Position numbers and translations under genes: made by a program
The notes under the pieces: generated by a model
What the model was told of the DNA's origin: nothing
What the model saw: only the letters and a program-made list of their open reading frames with translations
Database searches by the model: none
In this document: positions 30,247-40,182 of the stretch, in pieces
Layout: every line of letters starts with the position of its first letter
Position numbering within the stretch: the first letter of the stretch is position 1
Origin: a virus
Lineage: Duplodnaviria; Caudoviricetes
Virus record (IMG/VR): IMGVR_UViG_3300025168_000102
Span: 1-57,051 of that record
DNA length: 57,051 bases
Reading direction: 5' to 3' (one strand)

Positions 30247-30289
30247 GGGAGAGTATATCTTGTAATAGCCTCAACATATACTCTCCCTC
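30247..30289 (-). terminator. Stem-loop after ssb (terminator or processing site)
   Basis: 13-bp inverted repeat AGGGAGAGTATAT/ATATACTCTCCCT followed by ATTTTT on the minus strand. Confidence 0.55.
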
Positions 30290-30302
30290 CCCTAGTTAGG
30301 AG

Positions 30303-30785
30303 TTAAATTGAAGAAGAGAAAGGAAGATCTTCTTCAGTCTCATCGGAAGTAAAACCGTCAGGGACAACATCGAATGCATCATCCTCTTCGGTTGTGTACG
30401 GTACTAATTCGGTCACTTGTACCGCACGTAGATCAGCAGAAACGCCAGTTTTTCCACCGAAATTCCACTCAAAGGGTTCATATAATACATTTACTTTAGA
30501 ACCATTACCTACCATAGTATCAGTAATTAATCTCTTCTGAGCATCAACTACATTAGGTGCTCGATTCATAGAGCCTTTTGCATTACGAACCTTTCGTTTA
30601 ATGGTAACAAAATTATCTTTCTCATCACCTTTATTCTTAACAGTTAGCCCATCCTTCTGAGCTTTCTTTTTATTAAGATCATCTAAGTTACCTACATCAA
30701 TTGTCCATACACCGTCTGCATCAAACTTAGTATTAGGTGTGATAACTGATGCCCAATAAGCTGTTCCTGATAATACTTTGCTCAC
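30303..30785 (-). CDS. ssb: Single-stranded DNA-binding protein (T7 gp2.5-like)
   Basis: 'GTAYWASV', 'VGNGSKVNV', 'LRAVQVTELV'; acidic C-terminus ending near LPF. Confidence 0.78.
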   Translation of the reverse strand: MSKVLSGTAYWASVITPNTKFDADGVWTIDVGNLDDLNKKKAQKDGLTVKNKGDEKDNFVTIKRKVRNAKGSMNRAPNVVDAQKRLITDTMVGNGSKVNVLYEPFEWNFGGKTGVSADLRAVQVTELVPYTTEEDDAFDVVPDGFTSDETEEDLPFSSSI

Positions 30786-30821
30786 TATATTTCTCCTTTG
30801 TTAAGTTGATTAATTAATAAC

Positions 30822-30850
30822 AGGATAACATATTATAAACTATAAATCAA
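30822..30850 (-). promoter_or_regulatory. sigma70-type promoter upstream of ssb
   Basis: TTGATT-17 bp-TATCCT with a TG extended -10. Confidence 0.5.
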
Positions 30851-31014
30851 GTGTTATTTTTCTCCTTTCGTTTATTATTGTAATATAATTTCCATGCATC
30901 TTTAAGTAAGTCTTTATCTGACATTTTAGATGCATCTTTTTCTTGCCACTGACGTTCTTTATTTAATTTACGAGTTGTATTAACCCATTTATTTTTTTTA
31001 GGATCGTATGGAAT
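30847..31014 (-). CDS. Small basic protein (55 aa), probable ATT start
   Basis: AAGGAG, 6 nt, then ATT CCA TAC GAT CCT; open for 55 codons; fills the pol-ssb gap. Confidence 0.45.
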   Translation of the reverse strand: MPYDPKKNKWVNTTRKLNKERQWQEKDASKMSDKDLLKDAWKLYYNNKRKEKNNT

Positions 31015-31025
31015 AAGTATCTCCT

Positions 31026-32684
31026 TTAATGAGTGTCAGCCCACGTTTTACCTACCTTATATTCATTGTCAAGTGGGCATTTGACATTTAGAATCTCTTC
31101 AGTTTCTTTCATAGCTATCTTAGTAATAGCACAAAACTTTTCTACATCTTTATTATGTACCTCAAACTGGTACTCATCGTGAACAGATGCTACCAAACGT
31201 ACATCTAAATCTTTTGCATGATCCATCATCTGTACTAACCATTGCTTACAGATGATAGCACCTGCTCCTTGAATAAGAGTATTCAAAGCTGCATGAAAAG
31301 TTCTAATGTGTAGCTGTCTTCCATCTAGTCCTTTAATAATTTTAGACTTAGCAGCTTTATCTACATTAGTTCTTAACTTCTGTAATGCTGGAGCATTTTG
31401 TAGAAAGGTATCAATAAATCTCTGACCACCTGATGAAGATGTATTACATATCTTACCTATCTTAGATGCTCCTGCCCCATAAATTAGGGCATACAAGAAC
31501 GTCTTTGCCTGATCTCTTGTCTCTAAGTTAGCTAACTTTTGATTAGCTGTATGTACATCACCATCAATAACTTCTTTAATGTAATCTTTATCTCCCATGT
31601 AATGAGCCAAGGCTCGTACCTCAAGACCTGAAGCATCTGTTCCAACCAAACTATAATTATCTGGGTCAGATACAGTCCAACACTCTCGACACTCCTTACC
31701 ATAGGGAGAGTAGACAGCAGGGATTTGAGCCATGTTAGGGGTATTGTGGGTCATACGTCCTGTAACTGTAGATAAAGTTTGAACTCTACCATGTACCCTA
31801 CCATTATTATCTACAGCTTTTATCCATTGTTTTATTTGAGACACTCTCTTTTCTAGTAGAAGATACTTAGAAATAAGTTTAGCCTCTGGTAAATCAATTT
31901 TAGATAGTATCTCTTCACTAACTATTACACTACCTTTATCTGTGTACTTACTTGGTTCCCAACCTAATGATATTAATCGTTGAGCAATTTGTTTTCGGGA
32001 ACCTGGATTAAAGTTTTCTATATTATCTTTTAAAGGTTTATTAGTCGTCTTATGATATCTCTTTGTAATGATAGGTTTAAAGACATCTTGTAGTTCCTTC
32101 TCAATTTTAAAAGCTTCATCACTAAAAGTATTCATTAACAACATAGCTTTCTGTTCATCTAAAGCAAACCCATTCTTCTCTTGTTGAGTTACAATAGTTC
32201 TTATCTTATGTTCTAACTTAATAGATCTCTTAGAGAGTAAGTGAGATTGTTTAGATAGATAATTAACTAACTTAAAGGTAACATCTACATCTCTATTACA
32301 ATACTTTAACATATCAGATGTATAGTTAGTGAAGTCTTTAGGTGGAGTATCTTTAGGGAAACCTAAACGATCTCCCCAAGATCCTAAACTATTTCCTTTA
32401 TCTATAATTGGATTAAGAAGTTGAGTTAGTATTAAAGTATCAACAACTTTATCCCAATTAATATCTGCATCAGTTAGTCTATTTATTATTGGCTGATCAA
32501 AACCTAAACCATTATGCATATAAAATTTATCTACTGTCTTAGCAAACTTAGGAAAAGATGTATAACATTCTTGTTGTACAAACTCATTTACTTTATTTGT
32601 TTTAATATCTCTTGCTACAATACAATGTATTTTAGTAGCATCAAGAGCATCTGTTTCTATATCTAGTATTACTCCTGTACTCAT
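31026..32684 (-). CDS. polA: DNA polymerase family A (3'-5' exonuclease + polymerase)
   Basis: Exo I LDIETD; motif A DASGLE; motif B RDQAKTFLYALIYG (Tyr at the E. coli 762-equivalent position, as in T7); motif C VHDE. Confidence 0.95.
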   Translation of the reverse strand: MSTGVILDIETDALDATKIHCIVARDIKTNKVNEFVQQECYTSFPKFAKTVDKFYMHNGLGFDQPIINRLTDADINWDKVVDTLILTQLLNPIIDKGNSLGSWGDRLGFPKDTPPKDFTNYTSDMLKYCNRDVDVTFKLVNYLSKQSHLLSKRSIKLEHKIRTIVTQQEKNGFALDEQKAMLLMNTFSDEAFKIEKELQDVFKPIITKRYHKTTNKPLKDNIENFNPGSRKQIAQRLISLGWEPSKYTDKGSVIVSEEILSKIDLPEAKLISKYLLLEKRVSQIKQWIKAVDNNGRVHGRVQTLSTVTGRMTHNTPNMAQIPAVYSPYGKECRECWTVSDPDNYSLVGTDASGLEVRALAHYMGDKDYIKEVIDGDVHTANQKLANLETRDQAKTFLYALIYGAGASKIGKICNTSSSGGQRFIDTFLQNAPALQKLRTNVDKAAKSKIIKGLDGRQLHIRTFHAALNTLIQGAGAIICKQWLVQMMDHAKDLDVRLVASVHDEYQFEVHNKDVEKFCAITKIAMKETEEILNVKCPLDNEYKVGKTWADTH

Positions 32685-32685
32685 A

Positions 32686-33183
32686 TTAATCTCCTATATT
32701 TATTAACTCAGCTTTATCTAATGGAACTTTATAAAAGTATTCTCCTTTTGGTACTGCTCGATTAGGAACTTCAATTACAGGACTTGATTGGACAACTCTA
32801 CCATCCATCTTCCATGCCTGTTTACAATCTTTTCTTATGATATAAAAAAAGAATCTTGCATTCTCATCTTTATTATAAACCATATCAATTAATCTAGCTT
32901 TCCTAAAAGGAATATTAACATCTCTCCATCCTGTAGGCCACTCTCCTTCCCACATAAACTTCATCTCTACTTCATGATGTTCTGTAACAGGAGGATGGTT
33001 AGGATGATTTAGATGTGGTAAAGGTGGATTAGAAAGTATATCTACACCATAGTTTTCTTTTGGTATATGAACTTTATGACCTAAACTCGTTAGGTATTTA
33101 CTAATACATTCTTTAGCTAGTGGGTCTGCTTTTCTATACAAAGCAGGGTTAAATTTTTTACGTTTACTAGAAGGGTATTTCAT
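32686..33183 (-). CDS. Hypothetical protein, possible PD-(D/E)xK nuclease
   Basis: 'YGVDI...HHEVEMK'; start at ATG 33183 after an AGGAG RBS. Confidence 0.5.
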   Translation of the reverse strand: MKYPSSKRKKFNPALYRKADPLAKECISKYLTSLGHKVHIPKENYGVDILSNPPLPHLNHPNHPPVTEHHEVEMKFMWEGEWPTGWRDVNIPFRKARLIDMVYNKDENARFFFYIIRKDCKQAWKMDGRVVQSSPVIEVPNRAVPKGEYFYKVPLDKAELINIGD

Positions 33184-34822
33184 TATCTTCTCCTGTTGTT
33201 TGTCGTTCACCATCAAAAGGATTTTCAATGGCAGTCATCCTACCTGTCTCAGAATTATAATAAAGGTGAGTAGCTACACCAGTGTCACCTGTATATCTAT
33301 TCTTTAAGATTCTTATTACAGTAGTGTTAGCTTCGGTTGGGTCTTCACTCTGTTGGTTACGTTCTAAAGCTATGACGGCATCTGATAGATGACCGATTGA
33401 AGCTGACCCTCTAAGATGGGACAACGTAACTTCCTTACCCTCTTCAAAACCTTTATCACCACCTCGTCTACGTAAGTGAGAGACTAATAACAATCCTATG
33501 CCTGTCTCTTCTACAAGAGAACGTAGCTTGGTCATCAATACATCAATGGACTTACGTTCATCACCAAAGTCTTCTTGACCTGAGACTAATATAGATAAGT
33601 GATCTAACATAATCCACTTGCAGTCTAAAGCTCGTGCCATGTATCGTACCCTACCTAGTATCTCGTCATTAGATATAGAACCAAAGTGATCGAAAGCAAA
33701 CAACCTACCAGTACCTAGAGTAGCTTTCTCCCACTCATTCAGTTGCTCACGATTGAATTGATCTCTGATCTCCTTAATATATAATCGAGCATCAGCTTCA
33801 ACCGACATGATATTAAAAGCAGTGTTCCTAATGTTCTCTTCAAGAGCTAGGATACCTATGTTATCTTCTGTACTCTTGAGTATATGATGCATTAACTCTC
33901 TGATAATACTAGACTTTCCCATACCAGAACCTGAAGTAAAAGTTACTAGCTCTCCAGTTCTCATACCATAAAGTTTATCATTCAATCCTTCCCAAGGATA
34001 TAAACAAGTATCACAGAAGTCTTCTTCATATAACTTAGATCCAATGTCACGTAGGTTAATGATACCAGCAGGGGTGTAAGGTGCAGCTGACCACCATGCT
34101 CGTGTAAATTCTACACGTTTTCCTAAGTTAAGATATTCATTAGGATCTTTAAACTCTAACTTTACTATCCTAGCTTTCTGTGGTTCAAACAGTTCAGCAA
34201 CTTTAGCACTAGCCTTACGTCCAGCATCGTCATTATCAAAACAGATAACAACATTGTCAAAAGAATTTAAATACTCTAGATTCTTTTTACAGTCACGTAC
34301 TGCACCCCCAGCACCTGTCTTAATTGATACACATGGATACATAGAACCTGTCAATTCATAAACTGACATAGCATCTATCTCACCCTCACATAAAGTAATA
34401 TATTGTGCAGATTTAGGATTGAATAATTGCTGTCCAAACAACTGACCTGATTGTAAATCTCCTTCAGTAAAGAAATTCTTAGGGTTAGTCTGCCTAACTT
34501 TATTAGCCACATGACAGTTATCTTTATCAAAGTAAGGATAAATATGTTTGTTAGCTTGAACTGTAACTCCATACTTTTTTGCTGTATCTAAAGATAGACC
34601 TCGATCAGATATAGCTTTGCTTTCTCCTTTACTCAATACATTATTAATAACCCCTTTGATTGGAGCTTGTTGTGTTCTCTCCATGTAATCATCTCCTTTC
34701 TCATGACCATATGTTTCACATTTGTAGCAGTACCAGTGTCCATCTTCATATAGAACTCTAGCTTCTTCAGCCCCACATTCATCATGTGGCAACCGATCTT
34801 TAACAATAGAATTTTGGCTCAT
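33167..34822 (-). CDS. Primase-helicase (T7 gp4-like)
   Basis: Zn finger (HDEC...YCYKC), TOPRIM (EGEIDAMS, CFDNDDAG), Walker A SGSGMGKS, LDHL, LVSHL, LRGSASI. Likely ATG start at 34822. Confidence 0.93.
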   Translation of the reverse strand: MSQNSIVKDRLPHDECGAEEARVLYEDGHWYCYKCETYGHEKGDDYMERTQQAPIKGVINNVLSKGESKAISDRGLSLDTAKKYGVTVQANKHIYPYFDKDNCHVANKVRQTNPKNFFTEGDLQSGQLFGQQLFNPKSAQYITLCEGEIDAMSVYELTGSMYPCVSIKTGAGGAVRDCKKNLEYLNSFDNVVICFDNDDAGRKASAKVAELFEPQKARIVKLEFKDPNEYLNLGKRVEFTRAWWSAAPYTPAGIINLRDIGSKLYEEDFCDTCLYPWEGLNDKLYGMRTGELVTFTSGSGMGKSSIIRELMHHILKSTEDNIGILALEENIRNTAFNIMSVEADARLYIKEIRDQFNREQLNEWEKATLGTGRLFAFDHFGSISNDEILGRVRYMARALDCKWIMLDHLSILVSGQEDFGDERKSIDVLMTKLRSLVEETGIGLLLVSHLRRRGGDKGFEEGKEVTLSHLRGSASIGHLSDAVIALERNQQSEDPTEANTTVIRILKNRYTGDTGVATHLYYNSETGRMTAIENPFDGERQTTGEDNEIPF

Positions 34823-34841
34823 GTTCCCTCTCTTTCCAGCC

Positions 34842-34870
34842 ATCGTATCATAAACTAAAGTAAAATACAA
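34842..34870 (-). promoter_or_regulatory. Candidate sigma70-type promoter upstream of primase
   Basis: TTGTAT-17 bp-TACGAT with a TG extended -10. Confidence 0.4.
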
Positions 34871-34878
34871 TAGTTATT

Positions 34879-35064
34879 TTACCTATCTTCAAAACATTTT
34901 TGGATAACATCTTCTACAAAATCTAGCTTATCTGCTATTATTTCTTGTGTTTCTTTTTTAGCTAATCGTTTAGCTTGCTTAGTTGAATAACCTTCATCTT
35001 TATATTCTTGGGTTAATTCTAAGAACATAGAGTCACGTTCTTTATCCCATAAATTTTTAGACAT
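34879..35064 (-). CDS. Hypothetical protein
   Basis: 'EYKDEGYSTKQAKRLAKKE'; operon context. Confidence 0.6.
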   Translation of the reverse strand: MSKNLWDKERDSMFLELTQEYKDEGYSTKQAKRLAKKETQEIIADKLDFVEDVIQKCFEDR

Positions 35065-35065
35065 T

Positions 35066-35251
35066 TCAAAATCCTTTTTCTTTCAACTCTTTAATTTTTA
35101 TATATGCATTTCTTAATTGATCTTGTAATTCTAATACATTTCTTTTAAGAATATCAATCTCTCTTTTACAATCTGTAATTTCATCTTCTTTATTCTCTTC
35201 CATTCTGTCATATATATCACTATTTTGTTTAATCCAATTGTAACTGGGCAT
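35066..35251 (-). CDS. Hypothetical coiled-coil protein
   Basis: GAGGA RBS; 'LQDQLRNAYIKIKEL'. Confidence 0.55.
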   Translation of the reverse strand: MPSYNWIKQNSDIYDRMEENKEDEITDCKREIDILKRNVLELQDQLRNAYIKIKELKEKGF

Positions 35252-35756
35252 TACTATCGTCCTCCTCTATAAATATATTATAAGATATATCATCATAAAA
35301 TAAATGCTTACCTATTCGAGAGACAAATTCAAATTGCCTAGCCCATTTAGGATTAGCATATGATGCATGATAGTAAGTAGCACCTTGAACATCTTCAAGT
35401 ACAACCCCATCAAGAGCCATATGTGCTACTCGTTTTGCTATAGTTAAAGCTTGTTTGTCTTTCATGATTTCTTTTTTACCATCACACCAATAAGAAAAAG
35501 CACATTGATGTCTCACTGGCATCCCTTTATAATAATGACCGTCTCGTACTACAGTACAAACAGTATCAGGAAACTTTGGATGTCGTACTCTTTCTAAAAT
35601 AACATTAGCTACAGCTAATTGCCCTACGAATTCCTCACTTCTAGCCTCAAAATAAATAGCTTCAACGAGACAATCCATCTCATTTGACTGAGCTTCTTTT
35701 GATATTCCTATCAGAATAAAACATACTAAAACTTGTATAAATAAATATGTCTTCAT
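35229..35756 (-). CDS. Cell wall hydrolase (SleB/Hydrolase_2) with N-terminal signal/anchor
   Basis: CLVEAIYFEARSE, AVANVILER, FPDTVC, AFSYWCDG, GATYYHA and IGKHLFY motifs. Confidence 0.88.
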   Translation of the reverse strand: MKTYLFIQVLVCFILIGISKEAQSNEMDCLVEAIYFEARSEEFVGQLAVANVILERVRHPKFPDTVCTVVRDGHYYKGMPVRHQCAFSYWCDGKKEIMKDKQALTIAKRVAHMALDGVVLEDVQGATYYHASYANPKWARQFEFVSRIGKHLFYDDISYNIFIEEDDSNAQLQLD

Positions 35757-36100
35757 GTACTCCTCCAATATATTTTAAGTTCTTGATGTTCACCATAGAA
35801 ATTATCTATCCAATCCCCATGTTTAAGGTAGTGTCTCATATGTCGGACATACCCTTCACATGAAGCACGATTAGCTTTAGCTCCAGATAGGTCTTTCCAT
35901 TCTTGTTTTTTATAAGTGGATGCTAACTTTTGATTATGTTGTACCCACTTTAAAACTTTAGTGTAGTGTAGAGGGTAGTCTTTTGGAAGGTTTAAAAGAG
36001 ACAGGTGTATCCCCTTCACTGATAAGCCTTTCCCTATTTTTTTGCCATGCATCTTCAAGTCCTTTAATTTTTTCTTGTGTATACCCAAGCACATCTTCAA
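35753..36100 (-). CDS. Hypothetical phage protein (start uncertain)
   Basis: 'EGYVRHMRHYLKHGDWIDNFYGE' conserved-looking motif; overlaps the upstream ORF. Confidence 0.55.
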   Translation of the reverse strand: MKMCLGIHKKKLKDLKMHGKKIGKGLSVKGIHLSLLNLPKDYPLHYTKVLKWVQHNQKLASTYKKQEWKDLSGAKANRASCEGYVRHMRHYLKHGDWIDNFYGEHQELKIYWRST

Positions 36101-36269
36101 TTAAGATACACCAAGCTATATCTTTTTCTGGATCTGTAAGTTGCTGTTCACTAGCAACGTCACAAAATATTTCTCTTGCTGTCCACCCTTTCTGTGATTT
36201 TCTAGCTGCTTTAATCTTATCTATAAATATACCTATGATACCACTACTAAATTCTATTTCATATTTCAT
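35958..36269 (-). CDS. Hypothetical protein
   Basis: AGGA RBS plus ATG; 103 aa. Confidence 0.5.
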   Translation of the reverse strand: MKYEIEFSSGIIGIFIDKIKAARKSQKGWTAREIFCDVASEQQLTDPEKDIAWCILIEDVLGYTQEKIKGLEDAWQKNRERLISEGDTPVSFKPSKRLPSTLH

Positions 36270-36348
36270 GATGTATTCCTATATTATGTACAAAAGAATA
36301 GTTAAGACTGCATTAGTTAATAATATTATTTCTATCATAATACTCTCC

Positions 36349-38335
36349 TTATGTTAAGATGTCAATTGATTTATGTTTAGGGTGACGTATATAAGAACCT
36401 TTCCCTTTCTTAGGTGACTCAATTCCATGTCCCTTCCCTCGTAGATGTGAAGCATAAGGGCTACGTTTCCCTAATGCTTTGTCATATAACTTTACTGCTT
36501 GAAGATACATAATTTTAGCTACTTTCATTGTCCTCATCTCCTATTGTCTCAGGATGTGGCATTGGTGATCCCTTATAAAAAGGGTTCGGATGCCAAGCAT
36601 CTCTGTCGGTACATATCCATGCTAAGTCTGGTCTTTCAGAACCTCTTTGATAAGCATCGGCTCTGTCCCAATCTGTATCTGTAGCATAGTGAAACTCATT
36701 CTCTTCTTCCCATTGCCTATTCATTTGTATCGTCCTTTCCTATAATCCTAGAGTTTAATCCCTTATCTTTTTGTAAAATTTCCAGTAACATATCTTTAGC
36801 CTCATCCATCCACTCGTCTTCGTAATCTTCCATATCCTGTAGCTCATTTAGATATAGTGAACTTCGTATGCACTCCTTTAAATAGTCATCCATATAGTCT
36901 TCTAAACATACATAGATGTTCTCACAGATATCATTGTATCGATCTTCGGAAACATCTGGATCTAACGACATTTCATTTCTCCTTTCTACTTAATAGTAAC
37001 TAAGTGTAGTTCGTAAGAACTCACTACACTAAGTTACAATTAGTCTGGTTGTTCTTTACGATTCTTAGCTTCAATTTTTTTTACCTGTCTTCGATGTCTA
37101 GCATCTTTAAGGTTCCACTCACGTTGGAGTTCTAAAATTCTCTCATTCAATACATCTACTGTAGTGTTATATCTTCCACCATCATGATCCATTGAATTAT
37201 ATTTATTTAAGAAGTAAAGTAATTCTTCTTTAAGAATTTTTATCTTTAGTCTTGTTAGATATGGTATCATAATCACCCCATTCCTTTTCATCTTCCATAA
37301 AACTAATTACCTCATCAAAGCTTTGCCATAAGCTAAGATCATATTCATTTATTCTTTCTTGATAATCTTTAAGAATTCCTATTGTAATATTTTTATAAGA
37401 ATTAATTATATCTTCAAAGTTATTCATGGATTTCTTGATCCTTCCAATTATAAAAGACAGCCTTACGTTTACGTAATTCGTCTGCTGTTATACGTGTTTC
37501 TTTTGTTGACATCGTTGGATACAACTTAGCTTGTTGCTTATCTATTTGTTTATACTTCATCGTTACATTAGATTTATACTTCATAGTTAGGCTCCTCTCT
37601 ACATTCATCACACATTTCTAAGCCATCCCAAGGTGGTTCATCAAGATGGAATTTTTCATTGCAGTTCATACACTCATACTCACCCATCTTTACTTCTCCT
37701 TAAAAAATATTCCCGAATCTCTTCAATGATAAAGAGTGGGATCTTGTCTACCAAGTCAACTGATAATCCATTTGCTTCGGCTATCATTAAGTCAAGATGA
37801 TAATTGTCTGCTGGAGTTCTTTGTGTGTTCATCTACTTCTCCTTTCTAAAGTTTTTGTTACATCCTTCAGCTTCTATCCACTGACTAACAAGTTTCTCTT
37901 TAAAGGTTTGGTTTTCTTTTTCATTACCACACCCTATAACAATTAGCTTTGATTCCAAATGTTTTCGTTGACCTTCCTCAACTTGTTGCATGATAGTTTT
38001 CTTCATCGACATAGCCACACCCCTCTCCATCACATAATGATTCAGTTACTCTTGCCATAGCACCACATATATCATCCCACTTAGCATCACGTTCTTCAAC
38101 GTAGTAGTCACTCTTATTATTAAGTACATTCTCTTGATAATCCCACAAAGCTTCCCATATTATATCAAACTCTGGTTGTAAATGCATACCTATTCTCCTA
38201 TTTTTTATCAGTGGTGGCTCCAAATATTTGATCCATTCTATCTAATGTTTCTTTACCAGAAGATGACATCCTATCGTACTCCCAATAGAGATCGTTAATT
38301 AATGCTTTAATTTCATTTGTATCTATAACTCTCAT
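36349..38335 (-). other. Cluster of ~12 small, closely packed early hypothetical ORFs
   Basis: Includes 36349-36537, 36515-36724, 36717-36971, 37040-37291, 37230-37427, 37420-37611, 37574-37687 (CxxC...CxxC), 37833-38033, 37978-38223 and 38198-38335. All on the minus strand, many with GGAG RBS and coupled stop/start. Confidence 0.6.
36996..37037 (-). promoter_or_regulatory. Tandem-GA hairpin element, copy 1
   Basis: Minus strand: GTAACT-T-AGTGTAGT-GA-GT-TCTT-AC-GA-ACTACACT-T-AGTTAC. Confidence 0.75.
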
Positions 38336-39237
38336 AATAATCCTTTCAAAATATGTTCAATGGTTGCACAACAGAACGAGTTACCTAATGACTTGTACCT
38401 TTGCGTGTTGCTTACACCTTCAGTGTACCCATCAGGTAGCATCATGCATCTCTCACACTCCAGAGGAGTGAGCTTTCTCCATGTTGTCTCACTTGCTAAT
38501 ACTTTAGGTTCACGATGTCCACCTTGCATAGTAGTAAGAGTTGGTCCTTTACCTTTGGGGTGATACACTCTCTTGATACTGTCATGACCTTTGAGATCAG
38601 CATCACCTATATGACACAGCCCCTCGTCACTAAAGACTAACTGTCTTCTGTGCTTTTCAAAGTAAGACTTTAGATTGCCACCCTTAAAGTAATTGGCATC
38701 GATGCAATGAGCTTTATATCTATCTACATAGCCATCTTCTAAGATATCTTGCAGACAAATATCTTCCATCTTTATAGGGGCTATCGGTATATTTGTCCAA
38801 TACAATCTCTTACGAGATGCAGGAGAGTGTTCTGCTGAGTTAATCTCAACAGGTTGAACACCTAGATATTTACTAATAACATCTTGATGTTCTTGCTTCA
38901 TCTTTACGTTCTCAAAGAGAAACCATTTTGGTTTAATCTTATTAAACAAATGAATCCACTCAAAGAATAATCGTGAACGACTATCGTTGAATGCTAATTG
39001 TTTCCCAGCAAAGCTGAAGCCTTGGCAAGGTGACCCTGCTATCATTAGATCCACATTATTAGGTGGACTTTGATTTATTATATCACCCAAATGTATAATA
39101 TCTGGGTGATTTTTCTTTGCTATCTGTATAGCAAATGGATCTATCTCATTAGCATAGTATCGTTCTATTGGTAATCCAATATTTTTACCAGCTTGATAAG
39201 CTGTTCCGATACCATCAAATCCTGAGTGTATTCTCAT
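38332..39237 (-). CDS. DNA cytosine-5 methyltransferase
   Basis: Motif I FDGIG, motif IV GSPCQGFS, motif VI ENV, motif VIII RKRLYW, motif X YKSLGNS. Confidence 0.92.
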   Translation of the reverse strand: MRIHSGFDGIGTAYQAGKNIGLPIERYYANEIDPFAIQIAKKNHPDIIHLGDIINQSPPNNVDLMIAGSPCQGFSFAGKQLAFNDSRSRLFFEWIHLFNKIKPKWFLFENVKMKQEHQDVISKYLGVQPVEINSAEHSPASRKRLYWTNIPIAPIKMEDICLQDILEDGYVDRYKAHCIDANYFKGGNLKSYFEKHRRQLVFSDEGLCHIGDADLKGHDSIKRVYHPKGKGPTLTTMQGGHREPKVLASETTWRKLTPLECERCMMLPDGYTEGVSNTQRYKSLGNSFCCATIEHILKGLL

Positions 39238-39256
39238 AATTCTGTTCCCATTCTAT

Positions 39257-39307
39257 TATATATCTCTAAGAGGTTTCACTACTGTTCAACCTCTAAGAGA
39301 TATTATA
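39257..39307 (-). promoter_or_regulatory. Tandem-GA hairpin element, copy 2
   Basis: Minus strand: ATATCTCT-T-AGAGGTT-GA-AC-AGTA-GT-GA-AACCTCT-T-AGAGATAT. Confidence 0.75.
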
Positions 39308-39313
39308 CCTGAT

Positions 39314-39997
39314 TTAAATTGGATTGTCTAGTAATTCTCCATGTTGAGATATCCTAAGATATCTTAACATATTGAAGTTAGGTATTTGCTCATCACATAG
39401 ATCAGTCTTGAACAGTCTTGAATTCTTTTCAAAGCTTGGTTTCATATTAGTTCTAAACTTAAATGTAGCATGGCTATAACAAGCTTCACATATTCGTTCT
39501 TTAACCTTGGATCGTTTAACAGCCTCATAGATAATATTGTTATCTATCTTTTGACTAAAGTCATAGCATCGTAGACAGTCTTTACACTTTTGACCTGTAC
39601 AATTCTGCTTATCTTTGAAGTCATCTTTTAAGACATTATTAAATACTTTATTAAAGTATTTAGGTATCTTAGTAATTGGTTTGTTAATTATAGGATTACT
39701 ATAAACTAATATTAAATTTCTAGGTTTTGGATGTACCTTAAAGAAACCTTGCACTATGTCTTTTCTCTTTGTCCATAGAGCTATATTAGTCTTTGGATTT
39801 TTACGACATATCTTACAGATATTCTTTAAGTGATTGTTTTCACTATACTTTTTATTGACAAACTTTCCAATAGCTTTAGCTAATTTTGGATTGTGTTGTG
39901 TCAAACAAAATGGATTGGTCAAAGTATTAGAGCCAATAGCTTGAAAGTCTTCAAGCTTTCCATTTAATTTTGAAATGTGTAATTGTTCCATTACCAA
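39314..39997 (-). CDS. Cys-rich gp88-like protein, apparently with permuted segment order
   Basis: HISKLNGKL, ALWTKR, NLILVYSNP, NCTGQKCKDCLRCY, ICEACYSH and HGEL motifs. Confidence 0.65.
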   Translation of the reverse strand: MVMEQLHISKLNGKLEDFQAIGSNTLTNPFCLTQHNPKLAKAIGKFVNKKYSENNHLKNICKICRKNPKTNIALWTKRKDIVQGFFKVHPKPRNLILVYSNPIINKPITKIPKYFNKVFNNVLKDDFKDKQNCTGQKCKDCLRCYDFSQKIDNNIIYEAVKRSKVKERICEACYSHATFKFRTNMKPSFEKNSRLFKTDLCDEQIPNFNMLRYLRISQHGELLDNPI

Positions 39998-40182
39998 ACT
40001 ACTCCTACTGCAAATAATACACCGAATAAAAATAACACAGTTAAAAATTCTTTTATAAATGTTTTTAGTTTCATTAGATATTATCCTTTCTATTTAAATG
40101 GTGAGAATGATGCCCACAAAGCAACCCCTACTATGACTACACATAGTAGTATTACTATTACGTCTAATATAATCATATCCTA

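Noticed and set aside
26770-34822. Introns or inteins in RNR, polA or primase-helicase
   Set aside because: The ORFs are continuous and compact, with no intein or homing-endonuclease motifs.
35753-36269. Programmed frameshift joining ORFs 35958-36269 and 35753-36100
   Set aside because: The downstream ORF has its own plausible ATG/GTG starts with a purine-rich RBS, and no clear slippery site was established.
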